64,000 nt of DNA from Chloroflexota bacterium (GTDB taxonomy: Bacteria; Chloroflexota; Dehalococcoidia; Lucifugimonadales; UBA2985). The notes below the pieces were generated by a model. It had not been told where the DNA came from and made no database searches. It worked only from the letters and a program-made list of their open reading frames with translations. This document shows, piece after piece, positions 17,775-27,011 of the stretch. Location of the stretch: contig JAQBZZ010000003.1 of NCBI GenBank assembly GCA_027622595.1, positions 6,014-70,013 of the forward strand. Direction: 5' to 3'. How positions within the stretch are numbered: the stretch's first letter is position 1; each line of letters starts with the position of its first letter. Both the position numbers and the translations under genes were made by a program.

Positions 17775-18695
17775 CTATGCCCTTGGGTGGGCCTTATCGT
17801 ATTCCACCTGTACCTGTTCCTGCGCCAGGTGAGTGTATACCTGGGTGGTGGATATACTTGCGTGGCCAAGGAGTTCTTGAAGGTATCGTAGCGGTGCCCC
17901 CCCCCTCAGCATATGGGTGGCAAAGCTATGTCTCAAAGTGTGGGGAGTGATGGGAGTCTCTATGTTTGCCCGACTGCCCCACCCCTTCAATATCAACCAG
18001 AAGCCCTGCCTGGTCAGCCGCTCCCCCCGTTGGTTGAGGAAGAGAGCATCTTCTCTGACGCTGCCCTTCTTACGCTGGGAAAGCAGATGCGGCCTTACCT
18101 CTCTCAGGTATGCGCCGAGCGTGATTGCAGCCTGGTCATGCATGCTTATCAATCGCTCCTTCGACCCCTTCCCAAGGCAACGCACGTACTTCTCATTCAG
18201 GTTCAGGTCTCCTACTGCCAGGTGCACCATCTCGCTTACCCGCATCCCGGTGGCGTACATCAGCTCCATCATGGCCATATCCCTCTGAGACTCGGGGGTG
18301 GCCCCAATTGACGCCTCCTGAAGCAGCAGACCCATCTCCTTCTCGCTGAGGGACTTGGGCAGAGTTCGCCCTATTCTAGGAGATTCGAGGGACTCCGTCG
18401 GGTCCTGGGATACAAGCCCCTCCTCCAACAGGAAGTTGAATAGGGATTTTGTCGATGCTATCTTCCTGGCGCGTGTGGTCGCGGAATACTCTCTTTCCTG
18501 TAGGACAAGGGCGTACTGCGTGAGCAACGGCTGACCCACCGACTCCCAACCGGGGTTTTCACCGGGCAGGTTGCCCTGCTCCTCCAGGAAGTCCAACAAC
18601 TGAGAGAGGTCGTTCCTGTAGGCGGAGACGGTGTTGTTGGACAGCCCCCTCTCCGATGTGAGGTAGTCCAGGAATGCCTCTAAAGTCTCTCTCAC
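17775..18695 (-). CDS. tyrosine recombinase XerC/XerD family
   Basis: HTLRHSFATHMLRGGAPLRYLQELLGHASISTTQVYTHL, plus an N-terminal SAM-like domain. Confidence 0.9.
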   Translation of the reverse strand: MRETLEAFLDYLTSERGLSNNTVSAYRNDLSQLLDFLEEQGNLPGENPGWESVGQPLLTQYALVLQEREYSATTRARKIASTKSLFNFLLEEGLVSQDPTESLESPRIGRTLPKSLSEKEMGLLLQEASIGATPESQRDMAMMELMYATGMRVSEMVHLAVGDLNLNEKYVRCLGKGSKERLISMHDQAAITLGAYLREVRPHLLSQRKKGSVREDALFLNQRGERLTRQGFWLILKGWGSRANIETPITPHTLRHSFATHMLRGGAPLRYLQELLGHASISTTQVYTHLAQEQVQVEYDKAHPRA

Positions 18696-18798
18696 ATGCC
18701 TCCCGCTTCATCTGCCAAAGTGGCCTAATTCTACCATATACATACGGGCACATGCGTACGGGGCATAACCCTGCACTTCAATTGGCGCTGTACTCTCC

Positions 18799-18827
18799 TT
18801 GACAGGGGTTATAGCTGAAGGTAGAAT
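18799..18827 (+). promoter_or_regulatory. sigma70-like promoter TTGACA-17-TAGAAT
   Basis: -35 at 18799-18804 and -10 at 18822-18827, upstream of lgt. Confidence 0.55.
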
Positions 18828-18865
18828 CGTGCCTAGTCAGCAACGGTAGGGAGTGACGCAGCGCA

Positions 18866-19705
18866 ATGATTCAAATTGGAATGAACCCCAACATCATCGA
18901 TTTGGGTGGCTTTGTCCTCACGTGGCACGGCTTCTTTGCGTTCGTTGGCGTGGTTGTAGCCGTGCTGCTGGTGGCGCGCTGGGCACCGCGGGAGGGAATA
19001 GTAAGCGACGTGATTTACTCCACCGCCATATGGGCCATTATCGGGGGCATTCTGGGAGCCAGAGTGGTGCACGTCATTGATAGGTGGGACTTCTACAGCG
19101 ACAACCCCGTGGAGATCATAGCCATATGGCGCGGTGGAATCGGCCTGTTCGGGGCCATCCTGGGCGGCTTTGCTGGGGGTGCTATTTACGCCAGGCTCCA
19201 GGGCTATCCCATAGGCAGGCTGGCGGACCTAACGGCACCCGCATTGATAATCGCCCAGACCATCGGTAGGATTGGAGATGTCATAAACGGGGAGCACATC
19301 AGCAAGGCTACCGACCTCTCCTGGGGGTTCGTGTATACCCACCCTGGAAGCCTTTCCAGTCAGGTGCACGGTCTGATTGCCTCTCACCCCGTTGTCGTGT
19401 ACGAGATGATTTGGAACATGATGGTGTTGGGTCTGGTGTGGTGGCTCTGGGGACGTGTCAAGCCGGACGGCATGCTGTTTGCCCTGTATCTCAGCCTCTA
19501 CGCCTTTGGACGGTTCTTCATCACCTTCCTGAGGGAGGACAAGGTCTGGTTTGCAGGCCTGCAGGAGGCGCACCTGATTGCCATTCTCATCGTTGTGGTG
19601 GCTGTCCCTTTGCTGGTCTATAAAGGGCGTCTTGTGTCCAAGGGTGAGGAAGTCGGGCCGCCAGTGAACCTTCGCGGCCAGACCAGGGCCGACAGGCGGG
19701 GCTGA
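18866..19705 (+). CDS. lgt: prolipoprotein diacylglyceryl transferase
   Basis: GFFAFVGVV, WRGGIGLFGAILGG and GRIGDVINGEH. Confidence 0.9.
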   Translation: MIQIGMNPNIIDLGGFVLTWHGFFAFVGVVVAVLLVARWAPREGIVSDVIYSTAIWAIIGGILGARVVHVIDRWDFYSDNPVEIIAIWRGGIGLFGAILGGFAGGAIYARLQGYPIGRLADLTAPALIIAQTIGRIGDVINGEHISKATDLSWGFVYTHPGSLSSQVHGLIASHPVVVYEMIWNMMVLGLVWWLWGRVKPDGMLFALYLSLYAFGRFFITFLREDKVWFAGLQEAHLIAILIVVVAVPLLVYKGRLVSKGEEVGPPVNLRGQTRADRRG

Positions 19706-19715
19706 CGCACTGTAA

Positions 19716-21416
19716 TCATGCCCCGGACGGCCTCTCCGCCAGACGGAAGTCGTGGATGATCATGCGCATGCTCTCCTGCCCTTGCCACTGGTTCAGCCCA
19801 ACGCTGTAGACCACGTCCAGAAAGTCCGTCTTGTCCTGCCACGCCTCTCCCTGACCGAAGGCCATTGCATTCCACAATGCTCCGCCATGCTTCAGCCGCA
19901 GCCTCAGGTGCTTGCCCTGTGCGCCAAGCCGCATGGCATCCATGACCTTCACCCCCTTGGTGATGAAGACCGGCGCTGGATTTCCCTCTCCGTAAGGGGC
20001 CAGCTGCTGAAAGAACTGGAAGTTGGCTCCGGTGATGGAGGTAAGGCGGACGTGTGCATCGATGTTGATGGTGGGTTGTAGGGAGAGGTGCGCCAGTTCC
20101 CGCCGGGCTATGATCGTTAGCCGCTCCCGCAGATCGGGGAGCCTCTCTTTTTGTATTATGAACCCCGCTGCTCTGGGATGTCCTCCAAACCGGATGAACA
20201 GGTCACCGCACTCCTCCAGTGCCGACGCCATGTTGAACTCCGGAATACTCCGGGCGCTGCCCCTTCCCAGGTCTCCGTCCAGGGCGACCACCACAGCCGG
20301 TAGATAGTACTGATCCACCAGCCTGCTGGCCAGCAGCCCGACTATCCCGGGAGTGAACTTCTCATTCCATAGAAATATCAGGTGATCGGAAGGAAGGCTC
20401 TGGTCTATCTGTCCAGCGGCGTCATCAAGGGCTTTCGACGTGAGTTCCTGTCGCTCCCGGTTCATACGGTCAAGCTCCTTTGCTAGTGGAACAGCCTCCT
20501 CATGGGACGACGCCCGGAGGAGGTTGTAGCTGCTCATGGCGTGCTCCAGCCTGCCCGGTGCGTTGAGGCGCGGTCCAAGGACAAAGGATATGGACTCCGT
20601 GTCCAGCACCGAGTCTGCCTGTCCTCCCAAACGGAGGAGTTCCTTCAATCCGTGCTTGAGGTCCGCGTTCATGGAGCGTAAACCAGCGGCCACAATGTAC
20701 CTGTTCTCGCCCACCAGGGGAGTCACGTCCGTCACTGTGCCAAGGGCTGCCAGTTGGAGCAATCGTTCGTCCCACGGCTTGCCCATATGCTCGGATAGCC
20801 CCTGCACCAGCTTGAAGGCCAACCCCACTCCCGCCAGGTTGGGAAACGGGTACACCGAACTCGACAGCTTGGGATTCACGATAGCCAGGGCGGCAGGGAC
20901 TTCCGGAAGCGGAGTGTGGTGGTCGGTTATGATGGTGTCTATGCCAAGCGAAGCGGCCTCTGCCACCTCTACAGGGGAGGTGATCCCGCAGTCCACGGTG
21001 ACGATGAGCGTGACCCCTTGCTCGTGCATGGCCTGGACTGCCTGGGAACTCAGGCCGTGGCCCTCCTTCACCCGGTGCGGCAGGTAGGGGATGACCTTAC
21101 CCCCAAGGTTCTCAAGGCCCTCAGCCAGAAGCGCCGTGCCGGTGATGCCGTCGGCGTCGAAGTCCCCGAAGATGCCTATGATTTCGCCGTCAAGCAGCGC
21201 CCTCTGTAGGCGGGAGATGGCGATCCCAATATCGGGAAGAAGGAGGGGGTCTTCCAGCAACCTCTCATCCCAGCCAAGGAAGGCCTCCGCGCCGGGCAGG
21301 TCTGTGATACCGCGGTTGTGTAGAAGCTGTGCCGCCAGTGGAGAGAAGGGCGCCAGCTTCTGGCTGGCCTCCTGGGAGATTCGTGGTGTGACGTGCCACA
21401 CCTTACGGCTTAACAA
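19716..21416 (-). CDS. recJ: single-stranded-DNA-specific exonuclease RecJ
   Basis: DHH motifs GDFDADGITG, TVDCGI and ITDHH, plus a DHHA1 region GGHPRAAG. Confidence 0.9.
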   Translation of the reverse strand: MLSRKVWHVTPRISQEASQKLAPFSPLAAQLLHNRGITDLPGAEAFLGWDERLLEDPLLLPDIGIAISRLQRALLDGEIIGIFGDFDADGITGTALLAEGLENLGGKVIPYLPHRVKEGHGLSSQAVQAMHEQGVTLIVTVDCGITSPVEVAEAASLGIDTIITDHHTPLPEVPAALAIVNPKLSSSVYPFPNLAGVGLAFKLVQGLSEHMGKPWDERLLQLAALGTVTDVTPLVGENRYIVAAGLRSMNADLKHGLKELLRLGGQADSVLDTESISFVLGPRLNAPGRLEHAMSSYNLLRASSHEEAVPLAKELDRMNRERQELTSKALDDAAGQIDQSLPSDHLIFLWNEKFTPGIVGLLASRLVDQYYLPAVVVALDGDLGRGSARSIPEFNMASALEECGDLFIRFGGHPRAAGFIIQKERLPDLRERLTIIARRELAHLSLQPTINIDAHVRLTSITGANFQFFQQLAPYGEGNPAPVFITKGVKVMDAMRLGAQGKHLRLRLKHGGALWNAMAFGQGEAWQDKTDFLDVVYSVGLNQWQGQESMRMIIHDFRLAERPSGA

Positions 21417-21600
21417 ATCATCGCCTTATCTTGTTATTCCTCTTTGGTTCCCCATAACCACCATAAGCAGGATAGGTCTGGGGAGACTGGTACTTAGTTT
21501 CATGAGTCAAAGTGTGGAAAAGCGCAACCCGAGTTCCGCTCATCCTTCGACTGGCTCACCACGAGCGGAGAGTTGTGACGCCCTTTTTCGCTACCAGGCA

Positions 21601-21861
21601 CTAGTAGCCCCATCCGTAGTAGTCCTCGCCCAACTCGTCCACATATCCGTCCAGTCCAAGCTCCGCGCCGCATTTGGGGCAGATACAGTTCTTTTTGATA
21701 CCGAGTTTGGATGCTGCAGCAGAGGCACAACTGAGGCAGACTGCCGTCCCGCACCTCCTGCAACCCACATGCATCTTCTGTACTGAGCTTAAGTCCGACT
21801 CGTCTGCAATGGGCATCCGCTCGTCAAGGTTGGAGCCACAGTGTGTACACGTCTCGGTCAT
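21601..21861 (-). CDS. small Cys-rich zinc-ribbon protein
   Basis: 86 aa with CTHCGS, CRRCGTAVCLSC and CICPKCG. Confidence 0.55.
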   Translation of the reverse strand: MTETCTHCGSNLDERMPIADESDLSSVQKMHVGCRRCGTAVCLSCASAAASKLGIKKNCICPKCGAELGLDGYVDELGEDYYGWGY

Positions 21862-21944
21862 ATTTCAAACCCGTATCTCTGCCCAAAGCCCTTATTTGTT
21901 TGCACTCAGGCACTCGTGTGGTGTATTGGGAATCCATTGTAAAT

Positions 21945-22023
21945 GTCATTCCGAGCGTTAGCGAGGAATCCTGCGGGGTGGCATCCCCTCCACCACCAGA
22001 TACTTCACTGCGTTCAGCATGAC
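21945..22023. repeat. palindromic repeat element GTCATTCCGAGCG...CGTTCAGCATGAC
   Basis: The termini are inverted repeats related to the GTCAT[TG]C family. Lies between two convergently oriented transcription units. Confidence 0.6.
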
Positions 22024-22066
22024 AATCCGAACCTCATATTATGCAGCGAATTTCTGCCTTACCGCG

Positions 22067-23311
22067 CTAGCCTTCAGAAAACCTCTTGAATGCAAGGCAG
22101 GTGTTGTGGCCGCCAAAACCAAGGGAGTTGGAGATGACGGCGTTTACCGCACCCGTTCGAGAGGTATTGGGGATGTAGTCCAGGTCGCAATCAGGGTCCG
22201 GATTGTCCAGGTTGATGGTGGGAGGTATTGCGCCGCGGGAGACAGCGAGGACGCATATGGCTGCTTCCAGTGCTCCACCGGCTCCCAGCAGATGCCCCGT
22301 CATGGACTTGGTCGAGCTGATGGGTACGGTATAGGCCTCCGGCCCGAACACGGCCTTGATGGCCATGGTCTCGTACTTGTCGTTCATTGGAGTAGAGGTG
22401 CCGTGGGCATTGATGTAATCAACGTCTTTTGGAGTGAGACCTGCCTTCTTGAGGGCGATGCGTATCGCCCTGGCTCCCCCCTCTCCTCCGGGCGACGGCT
22501 GGGTTATATGATGGGCGTCGGCCGTGGCCCCATGTCCTGCCAGCTCCGCCAGAGGCTCGACCCCCCTCGCCAGGGCATGCTCCAAGCTCTCCAGGACCAG
22601 GATGGCTCCTCCCTCGCCCATGACAAACCCGTCGCGCTTGGCATCGAAGGGCCGGGATGCCTTCTGAGGCTCGCTGTTGCTGCGCGAAAGGGCATTGCAG
22701 GCGTTGAACCCTGCTATTCCGATGGGGCAAATCGGGGCCTCGCTGCCTCCGGTGATGGCAACGTCGATCTGGCCGCTCCGTATAAGTTCAGATGCTTCCG
22801 CAATGGTGTCGGCGCCGGTGGCGCAGGATGAGATGGCGCTGAAGTTTGGCCCCTTGGCTCCCAGCATTATGGATACCTTTCCGGACGCCATATCCCCAAG
22901 CATCATGGGAATGAGGAATGGGTTCACCTTGGATGGGCCACGCTCCATCATCACCTGAAGTTCCTTCGAGAGTGTGATGATTCCCCCAATGCCGCTGCCT
23001 ATCATCACGGACACCCTCTCCGCATTCTCCTTGTCCAGGTTCAGCCCTGCCTTGGCCACTGCTTCCTGGGAGGCTACTGCGGCGAACTGCACAAAGCGAT
23101 CCATTCTCAGGGCCTCCTTGCGGTCAAGGAAGTCCGTTGGCTCAAAGCCCTTGACCTCTGCGGCTATCCTGGTCTCAAACGGCTCCGGATCGAAGCTGCT
23201 GATATAGTCCACGCCGGACTTCCCTGCCAGAAGGGCTTCCCAGGTGGTATCGGCGCTGAGGCCAAGGGGACTGACTATTCCTATGCCTGTTACTACTACT
23301 CTTGTTCCCAA
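22067..23311 (-). CDS. fabF: beta-ketoacyl-ACP synthase II
   Basis: 414 aa with SSCATGA (active-site Cys), NAHGTSTP and GFGGHN. Confidence 0.92.
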   Translation of the reverse strand: MGTRVVVTGIGIVSPLGLSADTTWEALLAGKSGVDYISSFDPEPFETRIAAEVKGFEPTDFLDRKEALRMDRFVQFAAVASQEAVAKAGLNLDKENAERVSVMIGSGIGGIITLSKELQVMMERGPSKVNPFLIPMMLGDMASGKVSIMLGAKGPNFSAISSCATGADTIAEASELIRSGQIDVAITGGSEAPICPIGIAGFNACNALSRSNSEPQKASRPFDAKRDGFVMGEGGAILVLESLEHALARGVEPLAELAGHGATADAHHITQPSPGGEGGARAIRIALKKAGLTPKDVDYINAHGTSTPMNDKYETMAIKAVFGPEAYTVPISSTKSMTGHLLGAGGALEAAICVLAVSRGAIPPTINLDNPDPDCDLDYIPNTSRTGAVNAVISNSLGFGGHNTCLAFKRFSEG

Positions 23312-23405
23312 GGCTCTGGCTCCTTTCGAATATCTGGCACATTCTACCAGACTTTTCCAAAATGTTGTATGGCACGTTAGAGAGACTTAAATGGCAAAAA
23401 TGACA

Positions 23406-23414
23406 TGCTATAAT
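23406..23414 (+). promoter_or_regulatory. extended -10 promoter TGcTATAAT
   Basis: TG at 23406-23407 and TATAAT at 23409-23414, 20 nt before the cca ATG (short 5' UTR). Confidence 0.45.
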
Positions 23415-23433
23415 CGCGCCAGTTGTCGCGTGG

Positions 23434-24708
23434 ATGGTGTACTTGGACTTCCTGCAGCTACTGGAAACCAGCCTCCCAGCCGGGAGATTGGCCCTTGTGA
23501 GAACGGCAGGGCAGATTGCCCTGGAAGAGGGTGTGTCCCTATATCTCGTTGGCGGAGCCGTGCGTGACCTGCTTCTGGGGCGGCCCACCGAAGACCTTGA
23601 CCTTGTGGTAGAGGGCGATGCCGAGAGCCTGGCCTCCATAATCGCCAAAAGGCTTTCGGGGCAGGTGGTGTCCCGCTCACAGTTCTCCACGGCCAAGATC
23701 AAGGTGGACGGCGTATCCCTTGACCTGATAACCGCCCGTAGCGAGCACTACAGCCGTCCAGGCGCGCTGCCACAGATAGCCCACGGCAACATGGAAGACG
23801 ACCTTGCGAGACGTGACTTCTCCATCAACTCGATGGCATTTCCTCTTCACACGGGTGCTAAGGGCCAACTCCTTGATCCATTCGATGGCCAGGCTGACCT
23901 GCAACGCGGCCTCATACGGGTGCTCCACGATAAAATCTTCGTGGACGACGCCACCCGCATCATGAGGGCCGTGCGTTACGAGCAGCGTTTGGGGTTCCGT
24001 CTGGAGGATGACACCGAGACCCTGCTCCGCCGGGACCTGCCAATGCTGGATACCATCAGCGGCGACAGGCTCCGTAGAGAGTTGCAACTGTGGCTTAAAG
24101 AGGAGCGTTGTGTGGAGATTTTTGTAAGGGGCGACCAACTGGGAGTAACGGGAGCCATCCATCCTTCTCTGGCAGGCTCAGGCGAGGTGATCAAAAAGGC
24201 GACAAACCCCGTAGGGGCAGGTTTCAAACCTGCCCTTTGGGAAGGAACACGCTCCCTGGACGAGTATGTATACCTGGGTCTTCTGGCCTATGCCATGGAT
24301 ACTTTAGAGGGAGAAAGACTCATAGGACGACTCCGTATGCCCCCTCGGTGGGCGGCCGTTGTGAGGGACACCATTGCTCTCAAACACAAGCTGCCGCGGC
24401 TCTCCGACGCCAGTCTGTCGCCGTCACAGCTGTACGAAGCCCTTGCCCCTTCATCCACAGCGGCAGTGCAGGCATGTGCATTGGCCGCCCCAAGCGGGGA
24501 GGCTCGCCGTAACCTCACACTGTTTCTTGAAAAACTGCGCCACATCAAGCCAGTGCTTGGTGGAAAAGACCTCATCGAGCTTGGCGTGCCACAGGGCCCT
24601 GACATCGGAGAGATGCTTGCGAGGCTGCGTTCGGCGCGGCTGGATGGGGCCGTAACCAGCCGCTCCGAAGAAGTGGCTCTTATGAAAAGCTGGCTGGCGG
24701 CCCAATGA
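23434..24708 (+). CDS. cca: CCA-adding enzyme / poly(A) polymerase-family tRNA nucleotidyltransferase
   Basis: LYLVGGAVRDLLLGRPTEDLDLVVEGD and RRDFSINSMA. Confidence 0.85.
   Translation: MVYLDFLQLLETSLPAGRLALVRTAGQIALEEGVSLYLVGGAVRDLLLGRPTEDLDLVVEGDAESLASIIAKRLSGQVVSRSQFSTAKIKVDGVSLDLITARSEHYSRPGALPQIAHGNMEDDLARRDFSINSMAFPLHTGAKGQLLDPFDGQADLQRGLIRVLHDKIFVDDATRIMRAVRYEQRLGFRLEDDTETLLRRDLPMLDTISGDRLRRELQLWLKEERCVEIFVRGDQLGVTGAIHPSLAGSGEVIKKATNPVGAGFKPALWEGTRSLDEYVYLGLLAYAMDTLEGERLIGRLRMPPRWAAVVRDTIALKHKLPRLSDASLSPSQLYEALAPSSTAAVQACALAAPSGEARRNLTLFLEKLRHIKPVLGGKDLIELGVPQGPDIGEMLARLRSARLDGAVTSRSEEVALMKSWLAAQ
24211..24237. repeat. REP-like hairpin GTAGGGGCAGGTTTCAAACCTGCCC embedded in the cca coding sequence
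   Basis: The same 25-nt core recurs intergenically at 25192-25220. Here it is translated as VGAGFKPA. Confidence 0.7.
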
Positions 24709-24787
24709 GTTTGTAAGGCAACACAATGAGAATAACCAGGGAGAGCCTGCACTAACCAGTGAGAGAGCGGGAACTGTCTCATTGTAG

Positions 24788-25180
24788 GTGGTACTAAAGA
24801 TGGAGGGCAACCCAATGTGGCTACCAATTCTTGGGGCACTAGTTTTATTACTAGCTTCGCTTTTGCATTCATATAGTGCAATTGGCACACTAGTGCGACC
24901 AATACTTGCTCCAGCCGTCTTCTACTCCTCCGCTCGTATACTTTATGAAGCAGGCTGGATTTTGCTTTTTGTGATTGGAGTGGCATTATGGTTTATCGCC
25001 AATTGGATTTGGGGGGTTGTTGCCATTCTGGTATATTGGTTTGTCCTTCCACTGATCGTAACGCCGATTGTGAAGAGATATATGCTACCACCTTGGGAGG
25101 AAGTCAAAGATTATTTTGACTTAGAGAAAGACGGATATACCAAGAATAACTATCGCAATGGAGATTGGTGGAAGGACTGA
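24788..25180 (+). CDS. hypothetical membrane protein
   Basis: 130 aa with 3-4 TM helices. AT-richer than its surroundings. Confidence 0.55.
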   Translation: MVLKMEGNPMWLPILGALVLLLASLLHSYSAIGTLVRPILAPAVFYSSARILYEAGWILLFVIGVALWFIANWIWGVVAILVYWFVLPLIVTPIVKRYMLPPWEEVKDYFDLEKDGYTKNNYRNGDWWKD

Positions 25181-25191
25181 TCTCACCAGCT

Positions 25192-25258
25192 GTAGGGGCA
25201 GGTTTCAAACCTGCCCCTACGCGTACGCCCTCTTATGGGTGCAGGGCTTCGCCCTGCC
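25192..25258. repeat. two adjacent REP-like hairpins (R1 GTAGGGGCAGGTTTCAAACCTGCCCCTAC; R2 ATGGGTGCAGGGCTTCGCCCTGCC)
   Basis: R1 is a perfect palindrome at 25192-25220. R2 at 25235-25258 recurs at 26149-26172. Confidence 0.7.
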
Positions 25259-25731
25259 TAGACCAACGCCTCGTACACCAGGCCCACAACAAGGCCGTAG
25301 AGCAGGTGTAGCATTAGGAACCCCATCACAGTCAGGGGCGGATGGTTCTTCACAAAGATTCCGGGGGCCATCATCTCGCCGCTTTTCATCATTGGGTGCA
25401 TCTGCGGCACCATTCCAATGCCAACGCCCACCATCAGCCAGTGAACGAACCCAAGTAGAAGACCCATTACAGCGAAGCCCGAGTCTACGTCCAGGGCCGT
25501 GTAGACCCCGGCGTGGATGAGTCCAAAGACAACGCCCATCATCGCATGCATCATCCCGCCGACCACGTACGCAGGCATCTTGCTTCGTGTTGCCATCGTG
25601 CCAAGCATGTACAGCAGGTTCATCGTCATCTGCTTTGGCATCATAGCGATGCCCATGTAAAGAACCGCCGTCATGGCCGCTGTGGCCACCAGTCCCGCCC
25701 CGATTGCTGCTCCAGCGCTAAAGTCCATCAC
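25258..25731 (-). CDS. methionine-rich integral membrane protein
   Basis: 157 aa, of which 25 are Met (MMHAMMG, MVPQMHPMMKSGEMM), with about 4 TM helices. Confidence 0.65.
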   Translation of the reverse strand: MMDFSAGAAIGAGLVATAAMTAVLYMGIAMMPKQMTMNLLYMLGTMATRSKMPAYVVGGMMHAMMGVVFGLIHAGVYTALDVDSGFAVMGLLLGFVHWLMVGVGIGMVPQMHPMMKSGEMMAPGIFVKNHPPLTVMGFLMLHLLYGLVVGLVYEALV

Positions 25732-25880
25732 TACCTCCTGCGAATTACCTGCGATTCATCGGTGGATGATTGAAGCATCCACCAGCATCTGGGAAATATC
25801 TCTCAAATGCTTAGATGCGCAGTTCTCGCAAGAGTTTCACACGGCTAGAGAGCTTTGCTCAAGGAATCGAGACTTACCAT

Positions 25881-25995
25881 GTCACCCTTCGTCCGCCTGC
25901 GGCGGACGAAGGGTCTGGGGCAGTGGGGCTTATTCTTCGCATGTTGAAACCCCACCCCAGATTCTTCGCCCTTCAAGAAGGACTCAGAATGACAT
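25881..25995. repeat. 115-bp palindromic repeat element (GTCACCC...CCACCCCAGATTCTTCGC...CTCAGAATGACAT)
   Basis: The 3' half is nearly identical to 29955-29990. Contains an internal hairpin CCCTTCGTCCGCC/GGCGGACGAAGGG. Confidence 0.65.
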
Positions 25996-26144
25996 CTTGG
26001 GAAAGGGACTGGTAGAGATAGGTTAAATTGCCTCTACGCGTATTGGATGCCCTTTTGTGAGTGCAGGGATTTTTACACTGCACTGCTAACAGGTACGTGA
26101 GGACAGAGAGGCACTACCTCTCTTTGTGAAATCCAGGGACATTC

Positions 26145-27011
26145 TCATATGGGTGCAGGGAATCGCCCTGCCTGCCCTAGCAGCCGTTTCTGATGAAACA
26201 GGTACTGCTGGGCGTATCCGGCGTATCCGCCCCACTTCTCCACAGACCAGTCCCGAATGCCTTTGTAGTTTAGTATTGCTCCATCCAGGTACCAGTCCTC
26301 CATCGCACGGCGTACCCACCGGTCCACGGGACAGGCGTCCATCTTATCGAGCGAGAATAGGAGGACACAGTCGGCCACCTTGTCCCCAACGCCAAGCAGG
26401 GAGTTGAGCACGTCCTTGGCGTCCTGGTAGGGAGCATCGCGCAGGGGGGCAAGCTTAATTTCTCCGCTGGCCACCCTCTCGGCCGCCTTTGCCACGTACT
26501 TGGCGCGGAACCCCAGCTTCAACTCTCTCAGGGCCGTTTCTCCGGCCTCGGCCAGTCTCTGCGGCGTCGGGAAGGAGTAGTCGACGTAGTCGTCCAGTTT
26601 CAAGGGCTGTCCGTAGCCCTTGGCGATGGCTTCCATGCTCGCCGAGATGCGGGGTATGTTCGAGTTCGCGGAGCATATGAAACCCACGAGGCATTCCCAC
26701 GGGTCCTGGCGCAGAATGCGCAGCCCGCGGTATTCTGTAATGGCACTGTGCATGCGGGGGTCGGTGTCGATGCGGGAGTAGATGGCCTCCAGGTCGTCGT
26801 CAAGGCGGAGATAGTCCCGCAGAGCGGTCTCTGTCTGCTCCGGCGACGGTGAGGAGCTGCGTACCTCCAACTGTGAGCCGTCCTGTTTCAACGCCATCAG
26901 GTCATCATGGAGAACGCCGTAGTACCAATCGTCCCTGCGTCGCCATCGAAAAGCCTGGCCGCTCTCCAGGGTGCTGACCAGGTCCAGCGGCTGGGCCATG
27001 GTGAGGTTCAT
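26145..27011 (-). CDS. 8-oxoguanine DNA glycosylase (OGG1-like, HhH-GPD)
   Basis: The N-terminal LESGQAFRW is OGG_N-like. HhH-GPD region LLGVGDKVADCVLLFSLDKMDACPVDRWVRR. The preferred start ATG 27011 forms an ATGA overlap with the dinG stop. Confidence 0.8.
   Translation of the reverse strand: MNLTMAQPLDLVSTLESGQAFRWRRRDDWYYGVLHDDLMALKQDGSQLEVRSSSPSPEQTETALRDYLRLDDDLEAIYSRIDTDPRMHSAITEYRGLRILRQDPWECLVGFICSANSNIPRISASMEAIAKGYGQPLKLDDYVDYSFPTPQRLAEAGETALRELKLGFRAKYVAKAAERVASGEIKLAPLRDAPYQDAKDVLNSLLGVGDKVADCVLLFSLDKMDACPVDRWVRRAMEDWYLDGAILNYKGIRDWSVEKWGGYAGYAQQYLFHQKRLLGQAGRFPAPI
26149..26172. repeat. R2 hairpin repeat copy (ATGGGTGCAGGGAATCGCCCTGCC)
   Basis: Second copy of the 25235-25258 repeat. 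Lies within the last 9 codons of ogg. Confidence 0.65.

Noticed and set aside
22019-22831. 270-aa plus-strand ORF
   Set aside because: Antisense to fabF.
25815-26015. Small ORFs in the 25740-26140 gap (also 14622-14939 and 29339-29992)
   Set aside because: Their sequences are translations of the palindromic repeat elements (for example RFFALQEGLRMTS and SFDRLRVSG), not genes.
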